Both the position numbers and the translations under genes were made by a program. The notes under the pieces were generated by a model. It had not been told where the DNA came from. It saw only the letters and a program-made list of their open reading frames with translations, and did not search any database. A DNA stretch of 64,000 nt from Diadema antillarum (lineage: Eukaryota): NCBI RefSeq assembly GCF_040938485.1, contig NW_027271603.1, positions 62,001 through 126,000 on the forward strand, given 5' to 3'. Shown here in pieces: positions 1-15,200 of the stretch (position 1 is the stretch's first letter; each line of letters starts with the position of its first letter).

Positions 1-8
1 ATGTACAG

Positions 9-203
9 CTGCAGTGAGGGTGCTTGTGAAACGTCCAATCAAGGTTAACTTTAGCCTGAGCAAGGTTGACCAGGCGAGGGCGTTCTTGAAACGGCTTCAA
101 CCAGTCAAGAGTCAGAGGACCGAGGCACCGCAGGAAGTGGAAGAAATTCAGCTGCTCACAACCCCTAGGGATGGCACCAAGGCTGTTGGGATCAGCCTAC
201 CAG
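9..203 (+). CDS. VPS13B: VPS13B exon 1 of window (acceptor at 9 or 15; AVRVLVKRPIKVNFSLSK...ISLP)
   Basis: Open frame; donor CAG|gtttga at 204 is phase 1, matching the next exon. The 5' boundary is uncertain at the window edge. Confidence 0.7.
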
Positions 204-3200
204 GTTTGAGAACTCCTGCAACTCCTTTTTTTTTTCCAGGGACCCTCCAGAAACATCAGAAACTGCTTTGATTTAGTGATAAGGCAAGCATGTTGTCAGC
301 CATATCTGCCGAACTATCAGAAGTGAAAGTCAAAATGCCTATGGAATGCTACCAATAGTTTTGTTTTTTGTAGCCACTATTCCTTGTGATTCTTTTCTAT
401 TCTCTCATATGGCACAAGGTATCTGGTTGATTCCGTTTGCGGACTAGTGGTAGTGACCTGGGGCGAACCACGAGGGGTCGGCATCTTTTGGCCTTTTTTC
501 TTGTGTGGGTGTGAGGGTGGACCACTCAGCAGGTTGGCACACTGCTCTTTGCTATAAATGAATGAAGGTGGATCTTTTACATCCATGAGTCGTGACTAAC
601 TTACACATGGACCTCCATTTAATGTCCTATCTGAGGGACAGAGTTTTTTGCCTCTTACTAGAGGGGATGGTGTGTTTACACACAACATTGCTCATCTTGA
701 CTCTGGAATCGAACCTGGGTCATTTGTATTTCGATGCAGACTACTGCCCATGCTATTCCATGTGATAGTGCTGTCTTTGTTTATAGAAGGCTTGTCTGCC
801 TGTTGGTCTCTGTGTAATTCTGTAACTATCTTGTATCTTTATTTCTTTTGTAAAATCTGTTGAATTTGCTTTTAAATCTTCTGGTCAATATTCTTTATGT
901 GTTCTGCAATATACTGTACATGCATTTTCATTTTTTTTTTTTTTTTTTTGTATGTCTCAGGTCTTCAGGGCAGCCAAAAGGAAAGACGAAAGCCTGTAGA
1001 TCGCTCAGCTCCAGAGGGCGTCCTTGAAAACTTAATGATGCTGTCCCATATTCAGGATGTCCTGTTCACCACCAGCCAAGTGGTGGTTGTCATGGCAACT
1101 CTTCCGGACCCAGATTACCCCCACATTGTGGCATCGGTTGGAGCAACAATGATAGAATCAGCTGTAGTTTTCAACAAAAAAACAGGTACGATATGATTTA
1201 TATGCCCATAATCCACTGTCATTTTGAATATTTTTGACTTAGTGGTATAAAAGCATTCAGCATTTGAGTTGATGCTATGTTTGTATTTTTTTGCCATTAG
1301 CTTCGTGCGATATTAGCCGGAGATTAAAGAATTTATCTAGTTATTAAAGAACGAATGTGTCACATGAAACCAAAAAGCAAAGTAACTGCACTGACCTACA
1401 ATAATATGCCTCCAGTGGCTTCAGATGATGCTTCGGTCAGTGTGTAATGGGCACCAAATATATATTGTATTTAACCTACTTATATCTATCATGACCTAAA
1501 GATACAGTATCTACATTATCTTTGAATGAGATGAAAATTTTTTTGACAATTCATATTCATACGGTATTTGCGAGATGTATTTGCCATTTTTATATCTTGT
1601 AATGTCAAGCTCAGACTAACCAGTTCATTGCTCTCTATAGATTTTGAATGCCAGTAGTCATTGACAAGAGGATTAGTCTGGAAGTTTGATTCTTGTTGAT
1701 CGTCAGCTGGAATGCCAGCAGTAATTAGAAATTTATTTTATGTAAATTGTTGCCCAGTTACTGTAGACCTGTGTCATAAAACAAATAATGCACAGTTGTT
1801 GGTTCAAGCAACCACCAATGTATGATATGTGTTCCCTCACAGCTGAGTTGTTTCATGCAGACAGCAGCGTACAGCTCTGTGACCTTGCCCTCAAGACATC
1901 ACTTCAACACAGGACAAGACCTCTTGTTGGACCTTTCAACTTTGACCTGCACCTGAGAACCAACCACGAGCCTCACAGCGCCAGCGAGATCAGCCCTTTG
2001 CTTCCCAGAATCTTTGCTGACCTGGACATCAAACACATTCCTGTCTATTTTGGTCAAGAGCATCTGAACTGTTTGAAAATTGTTGCCAGCAGGCTCTCAC
2101 AGGCTTTCCTCCATGATGAGGCTGGGGTTCAGAAGAAGCAACCACCTGCTAAGGTAAATTCTAAGAATGATAACATTGAGTATCCATGCTATTTCCACCT
2201 TGGCAAGCGCAAGTGCAATGCTATACAAAGCCTCATTACTAGTCAAAATAGAATATAGAATAGAGCAAATGTGGGTGGAAGCAAAGAGGAACAAAACCAA
2301 GAAGATTTGACATAAGAAACACATATATTCTAATTGTATGCTTGTTTTAACAAATGTGATGTCAAATGGGGGATGTTGTTTTTCTTTTGTCCACAGGTTA
2401 CTTTTAATTAGTAAAGTGTTTCATCTGTAGATGCTCAGACGACTTGCAGACTGCAATTAAATCTTTCCTCCTTTTCTTGTTGTTGTAATCACCAGAAGTT
2501 CAAGATGAAGCCAGGTCCCTCGGTAGCTGGGAAGCCATCTGACTTCTCTGACTTGGTTGAAGATGATACAAGCGATGAGAATAGAGATGGAGATTGGGAG
2601 TTGGTTGGGGCAGCCATTGAGTATGAAGTTCCTGAAGGGGTGATCCAGGTAGAGCACAAAGATGACCTCCGTACAGGTGCATTTGAGTACTTCACAGATG
2701 GTGAGTCTTGAGATGAGGCTATTAAACCAGTACAGCTGCTAACTTCTTCTTTTAATGATAATAGTAATACATTCTACGTGTATAGTGCATGTTTCGTAGT
2801 AGTCTCTATTCTCTCTACAATTAGAGGCATGACTTTTGATAATCAAAGTTATGTAAAAATAAAAAATAAAATAAAATTAATTTGCAATATCTTTTCCAGC
2901 AACTTTGTGAATGATGTGTGACACTTTTTGGGAGCTGGGCGCCTTTGAATGTTTCTACAGATAAATGGCGCTATACAAATGCTGTTTCATCATCACCATC
3001 ATCATCATCAATACTGCAAATAATAAAGTAAAAACCAACACTACAAATAACTACCAAAATATTGTTGAAATAGATATGTTTTGAGTCTTGTCGTGAAGGT
3101 TTCTGGAGTTGGTGCAGTACAGACAGAGATGGGTTACTGCAAGTGTTTCAGAGGATGGGAGCAAAGACAGAGAAGTAACTTGAGCTGTTGTACTGAGTGT

Positions 3201-6200
3201 TGAAGCAGGAGACATGAAGAAGTTATTAGTGTTAGTATTAATCAGTACCCCACCCCACCAGCTCTGCAAAAGTATTCCTTGCTGTTCCCATCCCAATTGC
3301 TTCATCCCAATTGCTTTACATGATTTGGTGAACAGTGGAATATGTATCAAACATGTAGCAGTTTTTCTCATAATCCATTCAGGCTCTTGTCACTACCCTA
3401 CCCCAGCAGCAAAGTTCCTGGTACCAACATTGATGTCTCCTTGCATGCCCCCTTTCATTTCTAGGCCATACGGATGAAGACATACCCCTCCCAAATGAGA
3501 TCTACTTCACCCCGCCCTCCCAAGAGGCTGGTCACTGGGGGACAATGACGTGGACATACCCAGAACCCAGGATGGACATCGGTTTGACCATCACTCCAGT
3601 ACCCATTTCCAATCCAGACAAACAGCCTTTTGCTAGGACAAAGAAGGTACTTCTTCTATGTAGGAAATTATGAGAGCCACAATGCTACGAATTGTGTTTT
3701 TTTTATGGCAATGTATGAAGAGCTTTATTCTCACTTACACTTTGCCACTTCTGCAATTTTTTGTTGTCTTCTGTGCAACTATTCACTTTATCCAATGAAT
3801 TTTGCCTGATGCAAAAGATGTAAGTGTTGCATTTACAATTTGTCCATTTCCAAGGAAACTCTCCTTAGAAACGTCCTATTTCTTCAGTCCTCCAGTATAT
3901 TTCAGTCAAATCCACGCCTTATCTCTCACCACCCAGATTCCCTGTGTGCTTCTGAGCTACGAGGAGTGCAGCCAGAAGTTCCGGCCAGTGAGGGAGTTCT
4001 TTGTGTCGGAGACGCAGCGCTACCACTCTGTGCAGACGATTGAGGAGAGCAGGGACTTGGTGGAAGACATGGCGGCCTACAGCACCTGGAGAGTCATGCT
4101 CAACTGCAGCTTTCAGTCGTGAGTAGCTTCTTCCCTCCCCTCTCAGAGGGTGTGGTTCTGTGGGTGTGGCCTTGTAGGTGTGGCCCTGTGGGTGTGGAAG
4201 GTGTCATATTACCCTTTCAAGAAGATTTTCATGTGAATAAATGCCACGCTATTGCAGATTTGTTTTCTTTGGACAATTTTTCAAACAATTTTGCAACAAG
4301 CAGGGAATTGACCTTTAACCTTTTGTGACATTTTAATGAGATGAGGCGGTAAGTTAGAAAGCACCTCTATTCATTTCTTCACAATTTGATAGTCACTATC
4401 TGATTTTGTCTTCCACACTTCACTTTGAAATACAAATTTCGAGTTGTTTTTTAGTACTTTGTCCATCTCAAGTGGCTCCCTTGTTGTTTCTGTAACCCCC
4501 AGGATGGCCCAGAGTGTGCCCATGGATCCACCAGGTCCAGATGTCATCCTTACACCGATGGCCCTGGCTGCCTCCATGCAGTTTGATACCATCTTCGCCC
4601 CTCGCTTCATCCAGTTCTGCCGACTGAACATCACAATGAGTCTGCTGGAGATCAGACTTGCCAACCACCTTAGTCAGCTAGGGAAAGGTGGGTAATCTAC
4701 CACCGTTTTGGAGACTGTAAAAATTGTTATTTTTACATATAGATATTTTTGCAAATGAGGAGGTCACAGACATTTTTGCGAGGTGTTTTTTTTCATGATT
4801 TGACACCAAGGCTATCATTTATGCACTACTAATGCCTGTCTGTTCTCTCTGCCACTTTATGCTATCAAGATCAAAATAATGAAGGTATTTTCGTGTGTTG
4901 TTAAATTTTTGGCTCAACAGTGATTCATGAAATTTGCAAAAATTCTACCCTCGCGAAAATAACAGCTTTTGCAGTATTTCTTAACAATTCTCTACCATGA
5001 TTTATCTTGCAGCCACTCCAGAGTATTTAGCTCCCTTTACTCCCGATGATGCCACACCCAATGACCATGAGTTCTTGGTCATCAAGATACCTGGCAGCCA
5101 TCTTGTTGTGGAGAGCTACGGCGGAGTGCACGCTCGCACTCGAGTCAGCGTGAGTCCAGATTTGTATCGTTTTTCTTGGATGAGTACCCAGTGTCTGCAG
5201 ACACATGCACTTTATTTAGATATGATGTTACAAGACTGTATTTGTGAATTTATTTTACATTCATATTTTTTGCCTTTTTTTAATATTTGTAAGCAATCAT
5301 GCATTTAGGCTGTGATTCCTTTTCAAAATGAGAGAAGTATGTAGTTGCAACTCTGTGATGATTTGGACACAACTTAAGTTTTCTGAATGTGATTGAAAAA
5401 GGATTACATATTGATCATTCTCCATCTTCAAATATTTGTATGTTATAATGATGTAAATATCAATCCATCTCTGTATTTCTGTCGATCTGTCATCCTATCT
5501 ATCCATCCATCTTACTTCCAATCTTTGTTGTTGTTGTTGTTGGTTTGGTTTTTTTTTTTTTTTTTTGGGGGGGGGGGGGGTGGTGATCTGTTGTCGTAAC
5601 ACTGCCGTGGAAGTCAAATGAGCTTCAAATATATACAATGCACCAACCAGTCATAAGCCAAGGCAAGAATATTAGTATCTCTTGCCACTCACCAGGGGCA
5701 CCATGTTTTTATGTGTTCCTGCAATATAGGTTTGCTTGAGGTAGAGTGTTTCAAGTTTTGTTTTCTGTCCATTAGAACTCATTTCTTGGCTTGATAGTGA
5801 TATAGGGTATCTTGACAATAAGGACTTATTACTAATATTGGCTGAGATTATTAAAATGATAGGAAAGACCCCAGGAGTATAGTGTGTCAGTGTTGTGACA
5901 TCAAAATACAGTGGTGCAGCTAAATACAATTGTAAGCATGTAAAATATAGTTGACAGGGGTGTTCCTTGGAATGTTTTGTAGAGTAAATCTTTCTCAGTC
6001 TGTAGTTAAATGTGATACTGTTGTATTATGCTCCTCGCAGGGAGATACAGAAATTGCGGCTGACCTTTTGAACTATGGTGACCTGACAATGACCCCATTG
6101 TTGGAGCCTACCAGCGTCAGCATTGGCTACAGTTTCCGTGGCCTGCGAGACATAGAGGGCACCCTAAACTTTGGGGACATGACTGTCATGGTCGGTCAGT

Positions 6201-9200
6201 GCACAGTCCACACACTTTCCAAAGCAGCCGAAGGTTGGGCACAGGTTGGTAGCCTCCAAGAGCAAATTACAAAGACCAATGTGATGTTGTAGTATACAAA
6301 TAATGCACAGGTGGGAGTGTATTAGTTGAGATACTGTGAATTTAAGGGCATTTACAATGGTGTAACATGCACGACATTGTGAATACCCGAGAGTGAGCTG
6401 CATCTCCACTAATGTCAAGAACTTGAACCTGTGCATTATTTGTTTTATAAAATGGTTCTATGAACTATTTTTCATTTTCCTTTATCGGTAAATATGCCCC
6501 AGTCAGTTACATGTAGAACTTACTCAAAAGCCAGGATGTCCAAAGAAATGTTCCAAACTCACTGCACACGAGCTTAGAAATTGTTTACAGAAAATAAGTA
6601 ATTGAGTGCACACTGCAATAAAAAGTATGCAATTCTGATGTTAGTGAGCATGATTATGGCAAGCCACAACTAAATGAACAAAGTCTTATATTTGAGCAAT
6701 TTCTGCGCAATCATTATTACCGGTCATTAGTACAAGGTCATTGGTAAAAACTTAATGCCTGCTGGGCATGTCATAGGCAAGATGAAATACAGGTCACTTG
6801 ATTGTTCTCAGTAAATCATTTGATAAGGATCCATATCACCACTTTATATCCTCAAACAACTCATTCTCTAAAGTGCTTAAATGATTAGCACAGGAACTTT
6901 ACATGAATTCCTTGTTCTTCAGTAATGACATCCAGTTTGATCTACTTTGCCCCAATACTGGTCAGCTGTTTCAATGTGTTGTATCAACCTGTTTTGGAAA
7001 TCCATGTCTAGAACTTCTATATCTCTTTAGCAAGATTTTTATGTATTAGGGTGTCATGCTTGTAATAAGTTGTTGACTCATCATTTTACAGTACAATACA
7101 TTTGATATCCACAATAAATTCAATACATGAATTTCCAGAACATGAAACCGGAGGTAGACCGCCTCTTTTACGGCTACTACATGATCTGCAATGCCACCAA
7201 TCAGAAGCTGCGGTTTGGTCAGGTGCACACAGACGAGTCGATTATACTCCAGAGTAACGAGGTGCATGAGTACAGCTGGCGGTCCCACAAACAAGAGAAA
7301 CAGGCAAGTACTACTACAAAGGCAGACATTTTTGCGTGCATGAAACTTTCACAAATTTTGTGAGGAGCCAAGATTCGCATAGGTAAAATGCATGCAATAC
7401 TGTTTGTCTGCACAGTGCGTTGAATGGTAGTGGTGCTTCCTGAAAGTTTCATGCTGCGAATATTTCTGGTTTTACAGTATTCTTCTCAAAGCGTAGAGTG
7501 ACAAATCACATGAGAGGTGTGCCAGGGTGATGCTGTTAGAATTCTTCATAAATTTCATCCATTTGGTATAATCTCTTGGTTTGACTCATGTCTGACTAAT
7601 TAAAGGAAATTTACCAATGTCATTATATAAGCTTAAACTTTTCAAAACTTATGCAATTTCATGTTGGTCAAACATTTCTTTTTTGTAGATTAATGAAAGA
7701 GCACTTGACTTACTTCTTTCAGAGAGCAGGGGAATAACATTACCTTTAACATTTGCCCATAACAAGTTGGAGGAATATGTACTTATCATTAAAAAAAAAA
7801 AGATATTTTGTGGCATCCTCTAAGTCTTTATATTTTCTTTATATCGTAGTCCTACAGTGTTGTTACCAACTGTTGTAGTCTTCTCATCAAGTGATGGTGG
7901 TACCAAAACTTTAAAAATGCATTACTTTTTAATGAACTGTCTGATTCTCTTCAAACTTCACTGATGTTTACAACGAATTTTGCTGTAGTCACTCAATCCA
8001 CATATATATGTATTTGGGTATCCCTTTAAATGGCCTTTTGTATGAAACTTACACAAAACTTACTGTAGGAGCTTCATGTCTGCATGGAGGGATGGAGAAA
8101 CTTCCGCTGGTCGGAACCATTTGGCATCGACATGGAGGAAGAGGAAACATTAGTACGGATCCTGCATAACAAGAATGAGACAGCTACACTCTTTATCCAG
8201 GTCAGGAAGACATCAGCCATGCAGCGACAGGTGAGTCAGTCACACACTGTGCAGAACTCACCTACAAGGACAGGAGAGAGCATCATGTCAGGACGACATC
8301 CAAGGCAACCAATGTGTGTCTGTATGTGAATGGTCACCAAGTGTGCTGGCTGGGTTATAGGTAGTAGAGTTCCACACTGAGTAACAAAAATATGGTGACC
8401 TTTTTTGGGAGGGGGTTACCAGTATCTGGTGACTACTAATAGCTCAGGATTTGGAATCCATCAGGCTATGTTGATATATGTCAACGCTGACTCTTTTATC
8501 ATGATTATATATATGCAGTGCTATGGAAAGAAATAATGATACCTTTGAGTTTACAGTGTTAGGCCTTGCTGACATAATCAAAATATTTAATGTAAATACA
8601 GTACATGTACTTTCAATATTTATGTACTGTTCAAAGACATCTTTTTTGGTCTGATAATGTCTCCCTCATCAGAATGAATCAGTACTCTAGAGTAATATCA
8701 TATCACGTAAAGTTATTGAATTACAGTTTGTTTGTGTTTTTATGTTTTAAGTGATGAGCTGTTACAACTATAGGGTATGTTTAATTATTTGAGACGCTTT
8801 GTGATGGGGATTTCTTATTCCCTGTTTATTACTCTTAATGTACAATATTCCTTTCAAAAATATGTCATTTTTCTGAGACGTATGCATACTCAATGTCTTG
8901 CCTTCATGGTTGAACTGAATTGAATTGAATAGAATTGAACTGGATTGAATTGAATTGAATTGAATTGAATTGAATTGAATGAAAGNNNNNNNNNNNNNNN
9001 NNNNNNNNNNNNNNNNNNNNNNNNNNNNNNNNNNNNNNNNNNNNNNNNNNNNNNNNNNNNNNNNNNNNNNNNNNNNNNNNNNNNNNNNNNNNNNNNNNNN
9101 NNNNNNNNNNNNNNNNNNNNNNNNNNNNNNNNNNNNNNNATTGAGTCGAGTTGAAGTGAACTGAATTGAATTGAATTGAATTAAATTGACTTTATTTGCA

Positions 9201-12200
9201 TCATAACTTCTGTCATCCAAATCAGGTCATCTTGTCAGGACCACAGAAGTTTGCCAGCCAACTGTCCATACCTCTAGATATCCAGATTACCAGAGCCTCT
9301 CATTCTGCACCCCGGACGGACTCCACAGAGACCTCCATCATCGCCCCTTTCTCCTCCCTACCCACTCTCACCTGTAGCGATGAGGACATCACAGGGGTCA
9401 GGGTCAAAGTTCAGGGCTCAGCCTGCGAGTGGTCCGAGCAGTTTGCCGTGAGCGGAGAGATGAGTACCAGCGAGATGGTCATCAAGGTATGTCCACGTAA
9501 TCATAGGCATTCCCAGATTATGGGTAATACAGCTGCTCACCAGGACTGGCAGACATGATGATGATGGTGATGGTGGTGACGATGGTGACGATGGTGACGA
9601 TGATGATGTTGATGACGACAATGACAATGATAATGATCATTACGATGATGTTGAGGAGGAGGAGGATGATGATGATGATGATGATTATGATTATAGATTA
9701 CTGTAAATTGAATATCATCAACTTTGCATAAGAATATAATCAAAATAAGGGAGGAAGGAGCTGAAAATAAAGTAAATCCATTCTGAAATGGAAATCTGAC
9801 AGTCTGTTGGAAATATGGAAAAAGGAAGTGGTAATAACATATTACAAGTCATTTTTAGAAGATTTTTGAATCTGTTTGTCATAGTCAATAGGAAGTAATT
9901 GGGTACTATAAAAGTGGACATTTTTGCACGCTTCATTCAACATGAAACTAGCACAAAAATTAAAGCATACAAATTTTGTGCTTGTGATAAAATTTTGTGC
10001 TTGTGATACGTACAATACTATCTCATACTTTGATTCTGATGAATTAAACTACAGGAAATGCAACTAACCCCCCAAAAAAATTACACAAAAACTTTCCACT
10101 CTTTCAGCATTGTATGTTCATGATAGCATGCTTTGTATCTCATACATTTACAATGAAATATGTATCTACAGCGAGGGCAGTAAGCAGAGTTATAAGTCTA
10201 AAACTGATGTATGTATAGCAGCTACTCCCACAAGAAAATATTAAAGCACATATGTTATAGCACTTTTCTAGAAATAGTAACGTACATCACTACAGGTATG
10301 CAGCTGCAAAATGCAATATGGGTACATCTATCTTGTGTGCAACCTCTCAACAATGTACTTTGATGCAGAACAAATTTGTATCATATCTACACAGGGTTAC
10401 CTCATAAGTGTTGTTGAGGCTTGACATTTATGTCTGTCTCTCTGTTATTATTTGTGTGACTGACATCGTAGCCAGATATTCTCACATTTGAAAACAATTT
10501 ATTTCCATGCAGGTTCCGTTTGAAGATGGCAGGAAGTTTTACTTCTGGTGCCAGATTTCTGCTTTTGTACATGGAGACTCTGTGCAGAGACTGGTTAGTG
10601 CACACAAAATCTATTTGACTTTTGTTTCCTATTAATGAGACATCATGAAACCTAAACTCATCAACTGCAGATTTTAGCAAGTATACATCTTCTGATTGTT
10701 GCAGTACATAGCATTTATTGTAAGCTTCGGACAGACAATTGCCATTGACAGTTTACTCTGATACATACAGTGTAGGTAGGGCCAGAAGCTCAAATTCACA
10801 TATGCCAGCATAACATCGCATGTCACTTGCAAAACTTCTGGCAAGTACCTTTGTCCTTTGGGTATAGAACAGCTGATTACTTCTGTATACATGTGTTTCC
10901 ATCTTACAGCAGTCAAACAGGATCATCCTTTTTGTCAAGGCTGACAGCTGAGAAGCCAGCTGTTGCTTTTTATGCAGTAGTCAATGCTGCTTTATGCCAC
11001 AAATACTCCAGGTTTCATGAAAATATTGTTTTCCCCAAATTGTATATACATGTATATGCATGTCTGTTGCAAGAAAGGTAAAAGTATGTTTTGTTTTTTA
11101 ATCCGTTTAAAAAAAAAAAAAAAAAAATTTTCAGCCCTCAGAAGATTGCAGTGGTGGCTACAAGGTTGGACTCCCTGTATCAAGGTAGAGGTCTTTTCTG
11201 CAGTCCCTTGTCCTCAATTATAGAATAGAGATTTGACTTGCAACTGTCAGTTAAAATTAAGACTTCCTGTGTCACATCTTGTTCCTTTCTTTGACCCCTC
11301 CCACTTTCCCAGGTTCTTTTCAGTCCACTGTTTACCATCCAAAGCCACCTTCCGTTCCCTCTCACCATCCATTGCCTTGCTGCCAGGGGCAACCACAGCC
11401 AGACTGTGCAGGTCAAAGGTCAAGGGTCGAATGAGCAGCTCTATCAGATTCCTCCCATGGCGTGGTACAACCTCCGGTTTGCGTCAGGGTGAGAAAGATT
11501 ATTGTGGTAGTTCTGACGAAACTGTTCATGTATATGTTCTCACAAACCATAACATAAGTAGACAGTGCGCTTGTACATGATGGGAAATGGATACTTTTTT
11601 AAAAACATTCATCATTCATAATTATGTTAATCTCATGAGATAGAGTATATGTGTGATCAAAAGTTGGTTTTCATTGCCAAGACTTAATAATAATTACATA
11701 TATTGGAATTTTCCAATACAGTCAAACCTGTCTATAGCGACCACAAGTGCTCCTATAGACAGGGTCTTTGACATGACTTTTCTCTGGGATGGGGGGGGGG
11801 GGGGGAGGGATTTGTTTAGTGGCTGCATACAGCAGGTGGTCATTTAAACAGATGGCTGCTAAGGCAGATTTGACTTTTCATTTCATGGAGTTTAGCTCTT
11901 CCAGGATCCACGAAACCATTTCATGAAATTTATAAAACTATTGCAACTACCATTCTCAGAGCATAATTACTTTACCAATTTGGACAAGTTGCTTCCAGCT
12001 ACTGTAAATTTGTGTGCTCAAACTTGCATAATTCCATTTTGAATTCTGTGAGCAACATTCTCCACCAATTGGTATTTATCCAGCAATGCCAGGTTATACA
12101 TACTTTGAATTGAATTTTTTTCATCTACAGTATTTGTGCCATATTTTCACATGCATGCCTAAATGTAACTGAAGTGAAAAATTTGTTGTCATTGTATGGA

Positions 12201-15200
12201 AGTCTGCACTCATGAGAATGAGGGCAGAAAAGCTATGTAGGTTAGCATATATACACTGTACATATACACAAAATATTAATACAATTGTTGGTTGTTCCAT
12301 GGTAATTTTGATCATCATCTTACACTTCAATGTGAGCCTTTTCAAGAGTATAGGGACCTATATAATTTATGATGTGTTTGTGATATCAATCAAGACTTCA
12401 AAGTTTGATAGTAAATATGATTCCCTTGATATGAAATATGAATTCTGTGACCAGGATGGAAGCCACAAGCACCCAACCAGCTGTGTGTGTCTCCACAGAG
12501 ATGTTCCCAAGCATCACCCAACAAAGAGAGGAAAGTGTGGGACTAAGGGCCATTTCCTTTTCTGATGATGATGACCTGTCATCCTCTTGGCCGTACAATC
12601 ATCCTGATTACACCTGGTGTGTAATTTTTCATTTGTGTTCAAAATCTGCTCCCAAAGAATGGTGCTAATTGCTAATACTTTGAATTTTCAGAAAGTAAAG
12701 TTTATAATGATGTGATTGTAATGAGGGTGTCTTTACTCTATTATATTGGTAATATAACATAATCAAGGGTAAGCCAAGTCAGTGTAATTCTGTTTTGAGA
12801 TTGTTCATGGTCATTCTATCTATTTCTAACAACAGCTTTGTAACATCGATAAATGTGTGAACAGAGCCATATTCATAGATATTTCATTGTTAAGTCTTGT
12901 GAATGTTGTGATGCTGTAGTAAATTTTGTGATAGGAATTGACATAATTTTAGAAATCAGAGAAGTGGATGAATGACGTGCCTTGCACATTTTTTTGCAGC
13001 TCCAAACACCACTCTACATCTCTCCACCACATGGACTTTATACCTTGTTCTGAAACACCCGGACACCCCCAAACGAGTCTTCAGGTTGGGATGGTCCAGC
13101 ACAGGCCCTCCGTCAATACCATACGCATAGAGGTTATGCCCTGGTGCCTGTTTGTGAATGAGTGTCAGATGGACGTTACCATTCTAGAGGAGGGGGGAGA
13201 AACCGTCAGAGTGGAAGGAGGGACCACGGTGGCACCACCAAAATACACAGTGAGTAAGCCCTTGACCAGTGATATATCTGAACAAGTCATTGGGTTGACT
13301 GGTCAAATGTAAGAGTTGGTTAGCACTTGAAAAGAGTAGATACATTATTAGTACAATTGTGGTTCAGATGGCACTCTGAATTTATGTAATGGAATGAATG
13401 TAATGAATCACAAAAAGTTACTATGACAGAAAACTTTGCTTTGTTAGAAATGCTGCTTAACAGATTTGCATCTGCCAAACAGTATGCAAATCACTAAAAC
13501 TACACAAAATTTGTAAAGATTACATACATTGTAGTGAAGATGCGTAGTGTTGTGCTTAGGTGTTAAGTTTGACAGTATTCCTTGTGCACTTCTTGAATGA
13601 CTCGATTTTGATTGCATTTTGCTTCACTTAAATGTATCTGCCAGGGCAAGATTTCTTTAACATTGTCATCCAAAAATGAGGAATATGTCAGCAGTGAACT
13701 TATACAGCTTGTGGAGGAGATGGACACCCCTCCTAAAAAGAATGAATCAGCCCAAAGCATGCAGCTGAAGCCTGAGGACTATAGGACCATGGAACTTGTC
13801 AGCAGGGGGTCACAGCATGGCATGCGGAAGGTGAATTGATTTGTATTAGTGATAAATCATTAATGTCAAACCAATATGCTGCACCCCCATTGTAATGAAG
13901 TCCACGGGACGGGCAGTATTTTGTATAGAAGTTTTGTTATAGCCGAACAGTAAAGTACATGAAGATACTTATATAGATGATCATTTTTGGACCTGAATTC
14001 TAACTTTATTGTACAAAAATTTTGTTATTACCTCATTCATTATAATGGGAGTGCACTGTATTCCCACACAATATACCATCAATGTAAACAATGTTTTCCC
14101 TGACTTTCATGATGGTATCAAAGCTAGTTGTTAACTTTCTACTTTACTGATGAACGTAGATGTTTTGAAATCAGTGTATGTCATGACTATTCATTTATAC
14201 ATCATACATTGTTCATGAGAGAGACTGAATAAGCAAACCTCGTAATGCATTGTATAGTGACATACAAAAAGAGGGGGGGGGGGGGGGGGGTTAAGAAGGT
14301 TTGCATAATTCATGTGAATATCTGTTTTTGTCAAATATGATGCTGAATGTGAAAGGAATAATGATATCACTTTGTTTGATGAATCTTTATGTATGATAGT
14401 GGCTTCTTTGACAGAAATCATTGTTTGTTTTATAACAAGATCCTATTACTAGTAACTTTTAAAAACCGAGCTTCTCATACAAAACTCCAGCAACAATTTA
14501 TATTTTTAATACTGTAAAACGAGGAAAGTTCGCATGCATTTTAATTTCGCGAATTTTGTGAGCGCCAAGATTCGCCAAATTAAAATGCAGGCGAAAGTTC
14601 TTGTCAAAACTATATGCATTAAATGCCAGTGGCAATTCGTGAAAAATTCATGCCACAAATATATCTGTTTTACAGTACTTGCTTATTACTTTGCTGGGTT
14701 GAATACAGTTTTAAAGATATTCAGGTATATTCAATAGTTGTAAAACTGGTTTCCAAGATTTTAACCTCTTGCTGCGTCTTCTTCAGACTGTCCATGTCAC
14801 CATCTGTTCCACGGTGAAACACAACACCAGGATCATCACTGTCAAACCAAGATTCGTCTTCGCCAACAAGTCCAATCAAGATGTGCTTTTGAGGGCAGTG
14901 AACCTAAAATCCAAAGAGAAGGTGGCTGTAATGATACTTTGACATTTTATTTCTCCCCGACCAGTGTAGATCGAATGCTATATTTTAGTTAGCAAATCAG
15001 TTTAGTGGTATTTCACTTGTAATTCAAATTTGTAATAATCATATCTTCACATATGCATAGTAAAGTGAGATTTTAACCCAATGGAAAGATTAACTTTGCA
15101 TGGAAACAGTGAAAAAAAATTGTCAGAGTGGTCTATGAATTTTGACAATGTTGAAAAAGCCACATTGATTTGATTGAATGTAGATCAGTTGATAAAGCAT

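Noticed and set aside
695-760. tRNA gene
   Set aside because: Only a B-box and decayed arms; no full cloverleaf or T-run terminator. Treated as a SINE head.
8768-9220. 150-aa ORF with IQFNS repeats
   Set aside because: Artefact of (GAATT)n plus the N gap.
9418-9743. Poly-His and poly-Ser ORFs on the - strand
   Set aside because: They are translations of the (GAT)n microsatellite.
9971-10008. Exact 19-bp tandem duplication (also a 16-bp direct repeat at 54,828-54,864)
   Set aside because: Ordinary slippage or repair duplications with no associated element.
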